From the NCBI RefSeq assembly GCF_009914755.1, contig NC_060928.1: 64,000 nt of DNA. One strand, given 5' to 3'. Positions within the stretch are counted from its first letter, which is position 1. Every line of letters starts with the position of its first letter. The notes beneath the pieces were generated by a model. That model did no database searches. It saw only the letters and a program-made list of their open reading frames with translations, and was not told the DNA's origin. Shown in pieces: positions 1-12,781 of this stretch. This DNA is from the human T2T-CHM13v2.0 reference genome, Homo sapiens. A program made the translations under genes and the position numbers.

Positions 1-29
1 TTTTTTTGAAAAAAAATTTTAAACAAATT

Positions 30-236
30 TTTGTTGAAATTAACATAATCACACTGTGCATAGAGAACATGGTCTGTATGATATCAATCCTATAGATTCT
101 GTCAAGGATCGTTTCATGGGTGTCAATTTTTTAAAATGTTTCATATGTGCTTGAAAATAATATGTGTTTTCCTATTGTTAGAAATAGTTTCAGCTGTATT
201 AAGTACATCATATTTTCAAATTTGATTGTTCAAATG
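30..236 (-). mobile_element. Ancient L1 (L1M-type) ORF2 endonuclease-region fragment
   Basis: Degenerate match to L1 antisense motifs (agagaacatggtctgtatgat, atgtgcttgaaaataatatgtg). Confidence 0.55.
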
Positions 237-339
237 TGAGTACACATTTCTACATCAAGAAATAGACTGCATATTTACTTTCTAGAAATGATGAGCAACA
301 AAGAGCAACTTTGTGAAAGCAGTTTTGAAATCCTGTTGT

Positions 340-597
340 GAAAATCAAATACCATGCGTTCTCACTTATAAGCAGGAGTGAAACAACAGGTATACATGGA
401 CATACAGAGGAGAATAGACCCTGGACTCCAAAAGGAAGAAGGCAGTGAGGGGAGAGAGGGTTGAAAAATTACCTATTGGGTTCATTGTTCACTATTCAGA
501 TGATGGGTACACTACACTAAAAGCGCAGACTTTACTGCTACCCAATATATCCATGTAACACAACTGCACTTGTACTCCTAAATAAGCAAAAAAAAAA

Positions 598-629
<32 letters not shown>

Positions 630-630
630 A
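340..630 (+). mobile_element. L1PB-like 3' end with A tail
   Basis: 3'UTR motifs (ttctcacttataag...gggttgaaaaattacctattggg...ccatgtaaca), A27 run 588-614, TSD gaaat(c/g)ctgttgt at 327-339 and 631-643. Confidence 0.85.
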
Positions 631-1911
631 GAAATGCTGTTGTAAGACTTACGGGCTAGACAACAACAGCTTTGAACAATAAGAAGAGGAACTTAAATCT
701 GAAGTATACTTGGTCCCAATGTAGCCTGCTTAGAATTCCCTTAAAAATAATTTATAGCTATAAGAATAAATGTCATATTCCAGAATTATTGTATGAAGAC
801 TTTAAAAAATATTTTATAATAGTTATTTATTGACATCCTCAATTAATACATCCTGGTTACAACTACACATGTATACATATTGAAGAGCAACTTCCACTCC
901 CATTTCTTTTATAATTTGATTCCTTCCAATTAATTTTCAAACTTTTCCAAATGATGTATAATGTTACCAATGTCTAGGTATAGCATAAGTGCATAAAAAA
1001 TAGGAGCAATATATTTTTAAAGTAATTTTCTATAGCTTAGAAAAAGCATTCAAGTAATATTATAAATTGAATTCAACTGAGATATGTGGCACATTCTTAA
1101 ATCAGATCCATTGGTAAAATTAATTGGAATCTATTGGTAATTTTAACATCTATCTCATTAATTAAGTAAATAAATATTTTGAGTAAAAGAGTAGATGATA
1201 TAATTCTCTATGTTAATTTTCATCATGATAGGCTACTATGGTCTGAGGTTTTAGAGCAGGTTAGAATTATATCAGATTAGGCTCTATCTGGCTGAGTCTG
1301 GGCACCACAGCACTTATCCCACAGTCTTTGGCTCTCAACTCCTGGTGAAACTGCCAAGGGCTCATTTTACTTCCTTTACATTGGTTCTGAATCTCACTTA
1401 ATGGAAGACTAACCTGGAAGCTAGTCAAAATAAGGTTGAATTTATAGGTTTTCATATAGCTTGGACCCACCAGCTATTTCCACTGCTTTTAGAACCTCCT
1501 ATTAACTAGTTAGCTGAAACCAGAAAGTGAATCTTAAATTCAACACTACATTCAAATAAACTTTTTGTTTTGGCTAACTTGTTATATTTCACCTCCACCC
1601 AATCTTAGTAATGACATTTACAGCTACTTGAGAGTCTAGATCTGCAGAGATTCTCAAAAATAGGAATGTCTTATAATTTGAAAGATTTTAAAAATATTTT
1701 TACCTTTCTTTGAAATGTCAAGGATAGTAAACACTACTTGCTTCCCCCAAATTAAGCTAAGTGGAGTACTTCTTTTCAAAGTACTTTTTGGGTAACATGT
1801 ATGGGTAGAGACCACAATGCTCCAGTCATCTCAGAAGCGTAAAGGATTGAGCATTTTAATGGGTATAGGATCGTCAAATGAGTCATTTTCTGAATGAGTC
1901 TTCCTAACTTG

Positions 1912-1913
<2 letters not shown>

Positions 1914-1957
<44 letters not shown>
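1914..1957. repeat. (GT)22 microsatellite
   Basis: Perfect dinucleotide run. Confidence 0.97.
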
Positions 1958-1961
<4 letters not shown>

Positions 1962-4679
1962 GTCAAAAGAATTTTCACTCTCTCCATTGTAAATGTTCTT
2001 ATTTTTTAAAATGCCTAAATTATATCAAAATCACAAAAATACAAAGAGGCATATTCCAGGGCACTATCTTTTGAGGCCATCAATTTCCAAGTCTCTTCCA
2101 GGGATCATGTGTCCTGTTTGGGCAAATGAGATAAGACATTCAGGATTCTGGTATGTATATAGTGGAGAATATCTGCAGGAATTCTTCTCTATGATTAAGT
2201 GTTCTTCCTTGGGCTAGTTTCAGCTTCTCATATCTCTAGATTTGCCTTATCTCCAGTTCATCTCTTAAATTGCTGAAGAAATATATATTAAAGTACACAC
2301 ACACACACATATATATAATATAACTGTACCAGTTTTTTTCACACTTAATTCTTTCAACAGTCCTGTAAACTTAGAATGATTTTTGAATGTAACAAATTAT
2401 AAAATGGAGAATCAGAGAGTAAATGATGGCTGGATTGGTATTACAATCCACATCTCTGTGTCTCACTATAGATAGCTTCTCTTGTTTCCTTCCCAGGGAA
2501 TTGGAACTTGTGGACCTGCATGAGTCTCACAAATATAAAAATATCCTGACAGTCTTGAACTTGAAGATTAAAATGGTTAGATAAATTTCAGTTTGCTAGT
2601 TAGATGAGCATGCATAACATAAAGTACACAAGAAAGGCAATTGTATTATACTTCATCACTCCTTTTTCCATTTCAAATCATTGTAATGGAAAAGAAAATG
2701 GCACCAGACATGCTTTGTTATAAAAATACATCCTCCCCTTTTTGAAATAAGTATATATTCAGAAATACACCTGTCAGTATAGTGTCTGGAACAAAAAGGA
2801 AACACAATAAAATCTATAATGATACATGAGTAGAATAATCGCTGGATTGAATAATCCAGTAGTATATGGCTTGACATATTTCCCAATCAAAAGATATATA
2901 CTTGATATAAATATTTAGATTGCATCATATTGAAATGAGTTAACTGTCATATTAACCTCTAGAGAAGGGATTAAGAGACTCGAGCTCTCAATGGAAGATT
3001 TCTTTCTTTTAAGGCTCCTGAAACTGAGATTTTGAAATCACGATGAAAATATAGCCCAACCCCAATATCTCCAAACAAATAATGGGCAAAATCACATATA
3101 ATTTTATAGTGTAAGATTAAAACCTTGAAATATACATGACAAATCAGTAGGCTGTAAGATCTGCTCAGCACAGTGTAAAGAAATGTATTATGAAATATTT
3201 ACTCAACAAAAGCAAGCATTATATAAAACCAACTCACTATATGTTGAGGTCAGTAGAACTTCATTACAAGTAAGGCTCACTAACATACTATTCCAATACT
3301 GCCTTATCTCAAATTATTAATATTTACCTCTAGTATAGGACTACCAGAAAATGAAATTTTATCACAGTAGTGCTTTGAAGTGTTTTCACTTTGGTATCTT
3401 GGGAAAATGAATTCCACCTAGCTGTGCACATGGAGTGCCTCTCTACAAAAGTATTTTTATGCGTGCATGGAGTATGAAAGAAATCAGTGGTAGAGTAAAC
3501 TAGATAGGGATTCTGATAGCCAAGAGAAAACCTTGACTTTTAATTTTTAATGAATAAAAATCTAAAATGACAATCATTAGCAAATTTCACGGCCAATTTC
3601 TATCAAATAGGAAATTGAAGCAAATAAATGAAAAAAAAAGAATACCAGCTATAAAACATGCTATTTAGCCAATGAAAACATGGCATTTTTTGAGTCTAGA
3701 GGTGCAACAACCTATTACAAATTCTATCTTTATTTTTATTTTGAGAAATCGATTTCTGGCATTCTGATTTAATACACACAGAAGACACTTAAACTTCTAC
3801 TCATTGTAGTACATTTTTTCACTCTTTTTCTCAGTAATTTTATCTTGTCTTCTACTAGTCCCTTCTCTGATAACTTTGTGCAGAAAGTAGCTACTTTAAA
3901 AATAAGTTATTTAGTGTATTATTTAATATATATTAAATATCTGTTGGCCATTTATATAAAAATATTATTATTTGAAATCAATGGATTATTGAAATGTATT
4001 AATTATCAAGAGAAGAATAAAAGGAAATTGAATAGCAAGATAAAATGATTGTTAATTACATTCCTGTAAAGTTACTTAAGGAATGAAATGTTTATCTTGT
4101 AGCAAGTTTTCTGGCATTACTCTGTTGGAGAAACTTACAGAGAAATAAGTTAGGGCATACCACATTCAATGCAATACTTAGCTCATTGTTTTTGTTTAGT
4201 AAGAAGTAGATGATAGTGACTGATGAAGACTGATGAAGAAAATGTTTTTCACATATCAATGTAATCTATTCCATGATGTAAAATGCTGTCTATTATAGTG
4301 TGTTGTTGCTTTAAAAACTACCCTATAATACAAGGAGATATATACAGGAGTAGAAAATGATCTGTCCAAACAATTTATTCTGTAATTATTACTTTACTAT
4401 TGACTATTATTTAGAATAGAAAATAAAAGCCCAAAGGCAAGGAATATTATTTTATTTAAGTTAACCAAAGTTTTAATCATCAAATAAGCGTCAGAAAATA
4501 AACAGATAACTAGAAAAGACCTTGTAAATCCAGAAACCCATGTGGTCCCCTCAAGAGTTCTGTCATAGGAGAGGAAGCAGTTCAGCATCAAAAGCAGTTG
4601 AAGTATAACTCAAATTCTTCACTTGCATTTTTCAGATATAAAAATTCAACATACCACATCATAATCTCCAAATTTTCTT

Positions 4680-4830
4680 TTTAACTTATTTGTTTATTTA
4701 TTTACTTATTTAAATTCACAAATAATAATTGTATATATTTATGGTGTACAACATGATGTTTTGATATACGCATACATTGTGGAATGGCTAAGTCAAGCTA
4801 GTTAACATATTTGTTACTTCACATCCTATT
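4680..4830 (-). mobile_element. L1MA-type 3' end fragment
   Basis: aataattgtatatatttatggtgtacaacatgatgttttgatatacgcatacattgtggaatggctaa is the typical L1MA 3' end, antisense. Confidence 0.8.
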
Positions 4831-5944
4831 TTCTTTATTATCAAATTCCTTTTCACTCTCCACAACCCCCAACAGTACTCACAAACCTCCTTTCTCATGT
4901 GTCTCTTGTTTAGCTTCCTAGTCTCTGTCCCCATACACCCTCTTCTTCATTTTTTTTTTTTATGAATGAAAACTTAGCCTCTATGTAAATCAACTTAGCC
5001 TCTCTCTCAGCCAATGAAAATACTTTTACTTTGGGGGTTAGGAGGAGGAAAATGGAGCATATGTGGGGATGAAGGGAGCCTGTAAACACTCACATGTGAA
5101 CACATTTTGATTCATCATAGGGAAATGTTTTATTATAAAATATAAATCTAGAATAATCTGCGATGCCTTAACATAAGTTCAGTAACATCTTTTCCTGACA
5201 GAAGCAGCCATATAAAATGTGCATTCATAGAAGAAGTAATGTTTCAACAGTTCATCATATTTTTGGTATTTCTCAACTGAGAAAGGAGCTAAGTCTCAGG
5301 TGAAGGTAGACTACTGACTAAAATTTCTAAAGTGTGAAGAGGTAGCCTCTTATTTTTTACATTATAGGAGCATCTCAGAAATTTGTCTTCTATATTTATG
5401 TTAAACAGTACCATTTTTTAAGGATAGACTGACTAATTTAACAAATGTTATGTTAATTATTCTTTGAAGATAAAGAGAGAACTATGGGATCCACAGATTA
5501 ATGAAGATTTAAGAGACAAATTAACCAGGACTCTACTCTCAAATGGTATGTCTAACTGGAAACCTAAGACTCATTTCTATCTCTAACCTTTCTAAAGACT
5601 TGTGAAATCGATTCTTGTGAATTAACTCAGTAGCTTGAACTAGTTTTCTTAACTGAGAAAGGAGCTAAGTCTCAGGTATAGTATAGTATATACATATATA
5701 TACTATATTTACTATGTTTATAAAATATATACCATATTTACTATACCATAAACTATATAATAGGAGGATACTACACTTACTGTATAAAAGGACATAAATA
5801 TAGTGTATAATATAGTATCCCTTTTTTAACATTTTTTGAGAAGACAAGTGGTAAGCCTTTTAGATAATTTAAACTTACTCCAATAAGTGACAAAAATTTA
5901 AAAAAAATTAAAAATAGTAAAATTGTTGGACACAACACAGTAAA

Positions 5945-6445
5945 ATGGGAAGAGTGTCATATGTGGTTTATGAAGACATGTCTTCAAATTCTGACCCTGT
6001 CACCTACTCCTTGTGGCCTTTGGTAGGTGCTATGGTGTGAATGTTTGTGTCCCCTTAAAATTCCTATGTTGAAATCCCAACCCCACAAGGTGATGATATT
6101 AGGAGGTGGGGCCTTTGGGAGGTGATTAGATTATGTGTGCAGAGCCCTCATAAATGGGATTAGTGCCTTTATAAAAAAGACCCAAGAGGGCTCATTTGCA
6201 CCTTTGACCATGTGAGGACACAGCAAGCAGTTGGTGCCTTTGAGCCAAAAAGCAGGCCTCAGCATATATTGAATCTGCCTCAATCTTGGACTTGCCAGCC
6301 TCCAGAACTGTGAGAAATAAATTTCTGCTGTTTATAAGTTACCCAATTAATAGCATTTTGTTATAACATCCTGGATGGACTAAGACAATAGTACACTTCA
6401 CCTTCTGTGAAATTAAGTTTCTTTATCTGAAAAAATGGAGGATAA
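5945..6445 (+). mobile_element. MIR fragment split by the LTR insertion
   Basis: ttcaaattctgaccctgtcacctact...ctttggtagg before the LTR; cacttcaccttctgtg...agtttctttatctgaaaaaatggag after it. Confidence 0.6.
6028..6387 (+). mobile_element. ERVL-MaLR solo LTR (MLT1A/MST-like)
   Basis: TG...CA termini (tgctatggtgtgaatgtttgtgtcccc ... ggactaagaca); internal motifs gggcctttgggaggtgattag and cctccagaactgtgagaaataaatttctg. Confidence 0.9.
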
Positions 6446-6803
6446 ACCAGAAATCTGAGGATCTGTTTCATCATTAAGGTCTACCAAATGATATTTCTTT
6501 AAAATTTCCCTGCATTCTTAAACAGACTAAAATGAACATAATTTAATCTTTTCTTGGTGGCTGGAGATCATCAATAGAAAAATTAATTATGTGATATAGT
6601 AAGAGGCTATTGAGTTTGTAAGATCCTTTTGTTCCTACGCAAAATGACCCCAGACTGCTGCATTGCTGCATGTTTGTTTGATAGGTTTTGTGTAAGAGTG
6701 TGTGTGTCTCTGTGTGTGTGTGTGTACACACTTGAGCCTTTTAAAAATATATTTTCAGCTATTGTTTATTAATGTAATCACTGTCTGTTTATAACTTGCT
6801 GCC

Positions 6804-6931
<128 letters not shown>

Positions 6932-7557
6932 TAATACACTTATTGAGGGATAAATATATCCTTCTATTAAGGAGGTTGCCACTGCCTCAAATGGCAGCAA
7001 CAAAAATGTTTGGCTTGTTGAAGTCATCAAAGTTTGACTGATGAATAAGTGAAATATTTCTGCACTAGTCAATGGAGAATCAAAATAAATCTCTTGTGCT
7101 GTAATTGTTAATACATTTTCTTCTGCTCTATCCTCTGAGGAGATGGAGGACAGCTTTTAAAGACTTATCTCCTTAATGACACCTATTTGAAGACAGTTAT
7201 TGGGTCCTTAGAGAACCTTCTTTTCCCCCAGTCTAAAAAATCTCAACCTTTACTCATGTGACTCATTTTCCAAATGATTAAACTTTTTCGTTGTAATTCT
7301 GCAAATCCCTTTTCATTCTTTTACATGTTTCTTGAGCTGTCTGGTTTCAAAACCAAAACTGTGGTCTAATAATAAAAGATGACATTTCTATTAACATTTC
7401 TGTTATTATTTCTTAAAATGATGTTAACAGTTTTGATATTATCTGCATTTTACTTATGATTAAACTGAAATAAGAGAGTTTGAACAGTTAACTAAAGGTC
7501 ACTAAATTAGTGATAAGGAAACTATATTCTTTGTACTAGAATTGGGTTATTAAAGAA

Positions 7558-7593
7558 TATATATATATATGTATATCTACAGTATATATGTGT

Positions 7594-7625
<32 letters not shown>

Positions 7626-7627
7626 AC
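7558..7627. repeat. (TA)n/(CA)n compound microsatellite
   Basis: Visible dinucleotide runs. Confidence 0.85.
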
Positions 7628-8439
7628 CTACAACTGAAATAGTAAACTTGGTTGGTTTGGGATACCAGAAGAATATTCCTGTGAATTACCTAAGAGGCTT
7701 GATACTAGTAGTGTAAATGCTTGCTGATAAATAAAACTTATGAGTGGAGTTGTTTTCTGAAATCAAGCCACAATTTTAAAACAAGAAGTCTCTCCCTCTT
7801 CGTCTTTCTCTTCCTCCAGGGCACCATCTTTAGAGGTCGCCTTACCTTGCAGATGGCTGTAAGGTATAATGCACAAGTGACCGTTTGTTCTCTAAAAGAC
7901 TGGCACTGCCAGGCAACACTTTGGGTAATAATTACGCCTGTGTTTGAAATATGTGCTTTAAAATAACACGGTTGAATCAACTTGTAAAATTTAATCCACT
8001 CTACTCACTCTTACTAAAAGATAATTTGGATGTCACATCACTTGTTTTATGCACACGGATGAAATCATAGCACCATGCTCTTCCCTTTGTGACCAGAATG
8101 ATTTCCAGATATTCTCCCCTGCTGCAGGTTCTACTCTAAACCTCAAGGCAGTCTCATAGAACAGCCTTCTGTACAGTGAATTTAAACTTTAGGCTCCGAA
8201 ATCGTAATTGGTTCCACAACTCTTTCCTAGTTATTTTTACATAGTTTGGGGGTAATATTTTGTTTTTCTTTCTATTCCCTACTCAGAAAGCTGACTAATA
8301 TTGTGATAAATGTCCCAGAAATAGTGCCTAAGAATGCAAAGAAGTGACCACATAACATTTAGAAAATCTGTATAAATTTTAGAAGCTAATATTTAGGCCC
8401 AGAAAAAAAATCTAACCTTTATAAAAGTCACTGAACTAA

Positions 8440-8660
8440 GGCTGGGCATGGTGGCTCATGGCTGTAATCCCAGTGCTTTGGGAGGCCAAGGCAGGAGGAT
8501 TGCTTGAGGCTAGGTGTTTGAGACCAGGCTAGGTAACATAGTAAAAACCCCACCTCTACCAAAAAAAAAGAGAAAAAAAATTAGCTGGGTGTGGTGGTAT
8601 GCACCTGCAGTCTTAGCTACTTGGGAGGCTGGGGCAGGAGGGTTGCTTGAGCCCGGGAGT
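8440..8660 (+). mobile_element. AluJ lacking 3' end and tail
   Basis: ggctgggcatggtggctc...ggaggattgcttgag (J-type), A-rich linker, ends abruptly at gcccgggagt. Confidence 0.9.
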
Positions 8661-10699
8661 AAATTTAAAGTCACAGAACTGAAACAAATCAAAATAACAT
8701 TTTAGATATATATTATTTTCATGTAAATGTTATTTGGGATAAAATCTGCTTTTGAGAGCTAAAGAACTACCTAGTAAGGATGAAAAATTGTTCAAAATAA
8801 TATGAAGGTGATGGTACATGAATAGCATCATATTGCATGAGGATACATTTCCAGTAGTTTATTTGGGTTGTTAAGAGAAATTATCATAGGTGGGACAAAT
8901 GAAAGAATTCTACTTAAACATCATGCTCAATAGGTAATGCAACATAATTTGATATGTACCTATTATATTTTCCATGTTTCTTCTTAAAAATTGTATGCGT
9001 GTGTGTTTGCATCTGTGTGTGTGTGGAAATGGTAGTAGTTGTAGCAAAAGCAAAATACTTGAGTTGTTCCCTCCAAAGTGGGAAAATTGATTTACATAGT
9101 TGTTTGCTATTAAGACTCAAATAAGTCTAGCGTGCTTAGGTTTTCTCCTGTGTTTGCCAGTTTTTGACAGCTGCCAGTTAACAGATGTGATCACTTTATC
9201 TAAGCATCGCTAGCCTAGTATCTTCAGAAAATCTTCTGTGAAAGCTGCAGCTTCACCGTCCCAAGTCAATTCCTGCAATCTTAAACTTGCAGCGTATTCA
9301 TTTGTGGGCACTGAGGCAGCCAGTGGGAGGGTATTGATTGGAGTATAATGTCATGTGTAGCAGGAGAGAAAGATGAAAAGTGTTTTCTGCTTAATGGGTT
9401 GGTATTAAGTAGGTGGGAATGGCTTCTAATTAGCCAACAATTGCTGTGTTTCCCAGTTTCCCTCCTTCCCCTCCTCCTGTCGGTCACCAGCTGCCAATCT
9501 GCCCCCTTTTTTTTTTATTTGGAGTTCATTGCTCACTGCAGTGAAAGCCTTTGTTTAAGAAAGAGGGCTCCCAGGGTCTCAGCTGCCTGGGTACAGCATG
9601 CTGCCTACGATGAGTAGCAACTGTCAGTTTATTTTATCTCAACCTTTTCATCATGCTGCTGAAACTGATCGACTGAAACCACCTGAGAGACCTGAGGATT
9701 CAGTACCTACAAGTCATTAGCTAGGACTGCACAGCCTTTCACCACATAGCAAGTCAACTGAACACTTCCTGGAATGCAGTCCAGTTTAACCCCATGCTTT
9801 CCCAGGAACACATAAGAATTCTGTCCCTTTTTTGTTTTTGAAGCTGAATTGATGAGAGATGATTTCTTTGACATACAGTCATATGTCAGAATATTTTGCT
9901 TTGGCTAAGGGATGGGGAGAATGCCCCTGTGACAGGCTTTGCTATAGGGATATCACTAATGTGGGGCACATTATTCCATCCATAGTAAAAGTGAAGGTGA
10001 CGTTGGAAAACATTTTACAAAATGACTTTATAACATCAGGTCTTAAGCCCCATTTTTCACAAACATCAAATGTGCCAGATTGGAGCCTGATCTTACATGC
10101 ATGTGATTCGTAATATAGCTACTGTCTAGGGTTTCCTGTGTTTCGTTTTAAAACCAACTAAAGAAAAACTTCCCACACCATTTAATAATAGTTCGAAAAT
10201 GCTTTTTAGAAAGACCATTTAACCTGTAGTATCTAGAATGCATCTAAATAGAATGACATGCTGAGAAAATTCCACCTGTGCCACAGTGGAGCATAATATT
10301 TAGTGAAAATCAATGACATACAAAGGTATGGAAAAATGATGCTGTCATATACCACTTAGAATTGTAAAGTTGTCAATATGTGGCATTTAGTCACATTTCA
10401 ACCATCGAAGGTAGGTTTCTTGGGGAAGTAAAACTTAAGAAACTTTTGGAAGGGGAAAGGAAAGCAGAGGAAAGTAGATTATTTTGGATAAATTATGTGA
10501 AGTGACAAGTATTGATAGAGTTGGGATCAGAGAGGAAAAGAGTTTGAGGAACTTTTGAACTGATTTTTAAATAGATATCTAAAGGAGGTGATGGGGATAG
10601 ATGCACTGAATAAAAGCACTGATTTGAAGTGCTTTCCATATTCCATCTGTGAATTTATAATAATGTTCTGCAGTACTAATACTACTAAGAAATGTTATC

Positions 10700-10787
10700 C
10701 TTTAAAAATACACTTTGTTGAGGTATGATTGACATGTAGTGAGCCGTACATATTTAATGTATACAACTGGATGAGTTTAGGGATAAG
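10700..10787 (-). mobile_element. Short L1MB-type 3' end with TSD
   Basis: ctttgttgaggtatgattgacatg...tacatatttaatgtatacaac; TSD gaaatgttatc at 10689-10699 and 10788-10798. Confidence 0.8.
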
Positions 10788-10914
10788 GAAATGTTATCTT
10801 AAGACTCACTAACTGGGTTTACATATATTAGTGAACTATCACGTATTCATGAAGAAAAGCTAACCTTGCATTACCACCTTAAAATACTGAAAAATTCAAG
10901 AAACTTAAGGACAG

Positions 10915-11098
10915 CTCCTGCATATAAGAATCTCCTGGTGAGCTTGTTAAAAGCAGATTCTTAAGCCCCTTCATTAGAGATTCTGATTCTATAATTCTAA
11001 GATAGGACCCTAGAGAGATCCATTTTTAACAACCCAACACCACCTACCCCTCATCATTTCGATGCAAGTGGTCCTTGAGTTGCACCTTGAGAAACTGC
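10915..11098. mobile_element. MER5-type hAT-Charlie DNA transposon relic
   Basis: gaatctcctggtgagcttgttaaaagcagattc...agagattctgattc...catttttaacaa...ccttgagaaactgc. Confidence 0.75.
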
Positions 11099-11429
11099 CT
11101 AAGGCTTATTGTGAAGTTTAATTTTCCACAGGGTATCTTAAAATACTTGTTCATATTAGAAATGCAACAGAATATCTTGTCACCACTGAACATTTTTAAC
11201 TTCAATGTCATTTTTTCCTCTTAAAAACCTTCTACTTATAATTTCTTTGAAATAATTGAAATATGAAATAGACTAAGCTAGACTACAATAGAAAAGTATC
11301 GGAGTACTTCACACATAGTAAGTTCTGTTTTGTCAAACTCTTTATTCAATTATGTATTCTATGTCACAAGGTAAAATATATTTTTTACTGTAGATTTTAA
11401 TTAAAAAAAAAAGCCCACTGCTTTACAAG

Positions 11430-12170
<741 letters not shown>

Positions 12171-12781
12171 TTGCCCACCAGCATCTAAATCTCCATTCCT
12201 ATGCTTAAGTAATTTTCTACTTTATACATGTAGGTGGAAAGTCAAGACTTGCTCTCACTGTAGGTGTTGAAAAGCCAGATACTCACCTCCAGCTTCAGGA
12301 AGTGAGTATCCTTCCTGACCATGTGAGTCATGTGTGCTGTGCACACTAAACTTTGCATCAGAAGCTGGGACTTGCTAAGCAAGACTGTGCAGAATCCCAC
12401 TCAGCAAGGAATGGCACCAGGCAGGGTTCTGTATTGTAAAGCTTCCTTAATAGTTCTCATGACAAGAAATTCACCCACCAACATGTATGTACTGGTAAAC
12501 AAATTTTCTGGACATTTTTTGTTGTTACATAGCTTTAGTATATGCAAACCTGAAAAATTTGCAGCCCATAGTTTTATTCCTAGAACAGGGCAGCTACTTC
12601 TTTTGTATCCCTGTTACCAAGTTTGTGTCAATATTTATGTGGCCCAAAGTCCATGTAAGTATGATTATGACTATCATAAGTAGAGTGGTTGAATTATATT
12701 CTCGACTGAGTTGAGAATTCTCAATTTGTGAATATAGATTGTTCCATTTATAAGTATTTCAAATTTCCTTTAATTTTGTTA

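Noticed and set aside
1878-1900. ATGAGTCAT AP-1 site and near-copy beside the (GT)n
   Set aside because: Isolated short motif expected by chance; nothing else supports it.
5275-5677. CRISPR-like repeat-spacer interpretation of the 27-bp hairpin repeat
   Set aside because: Only two copies, 376 bp apart, in primate intronic DNA with no cas genes.
12255-12430. Possible old ERVL LTR fragment
   Set aside because: Resemblance too weak to call without a profile search.
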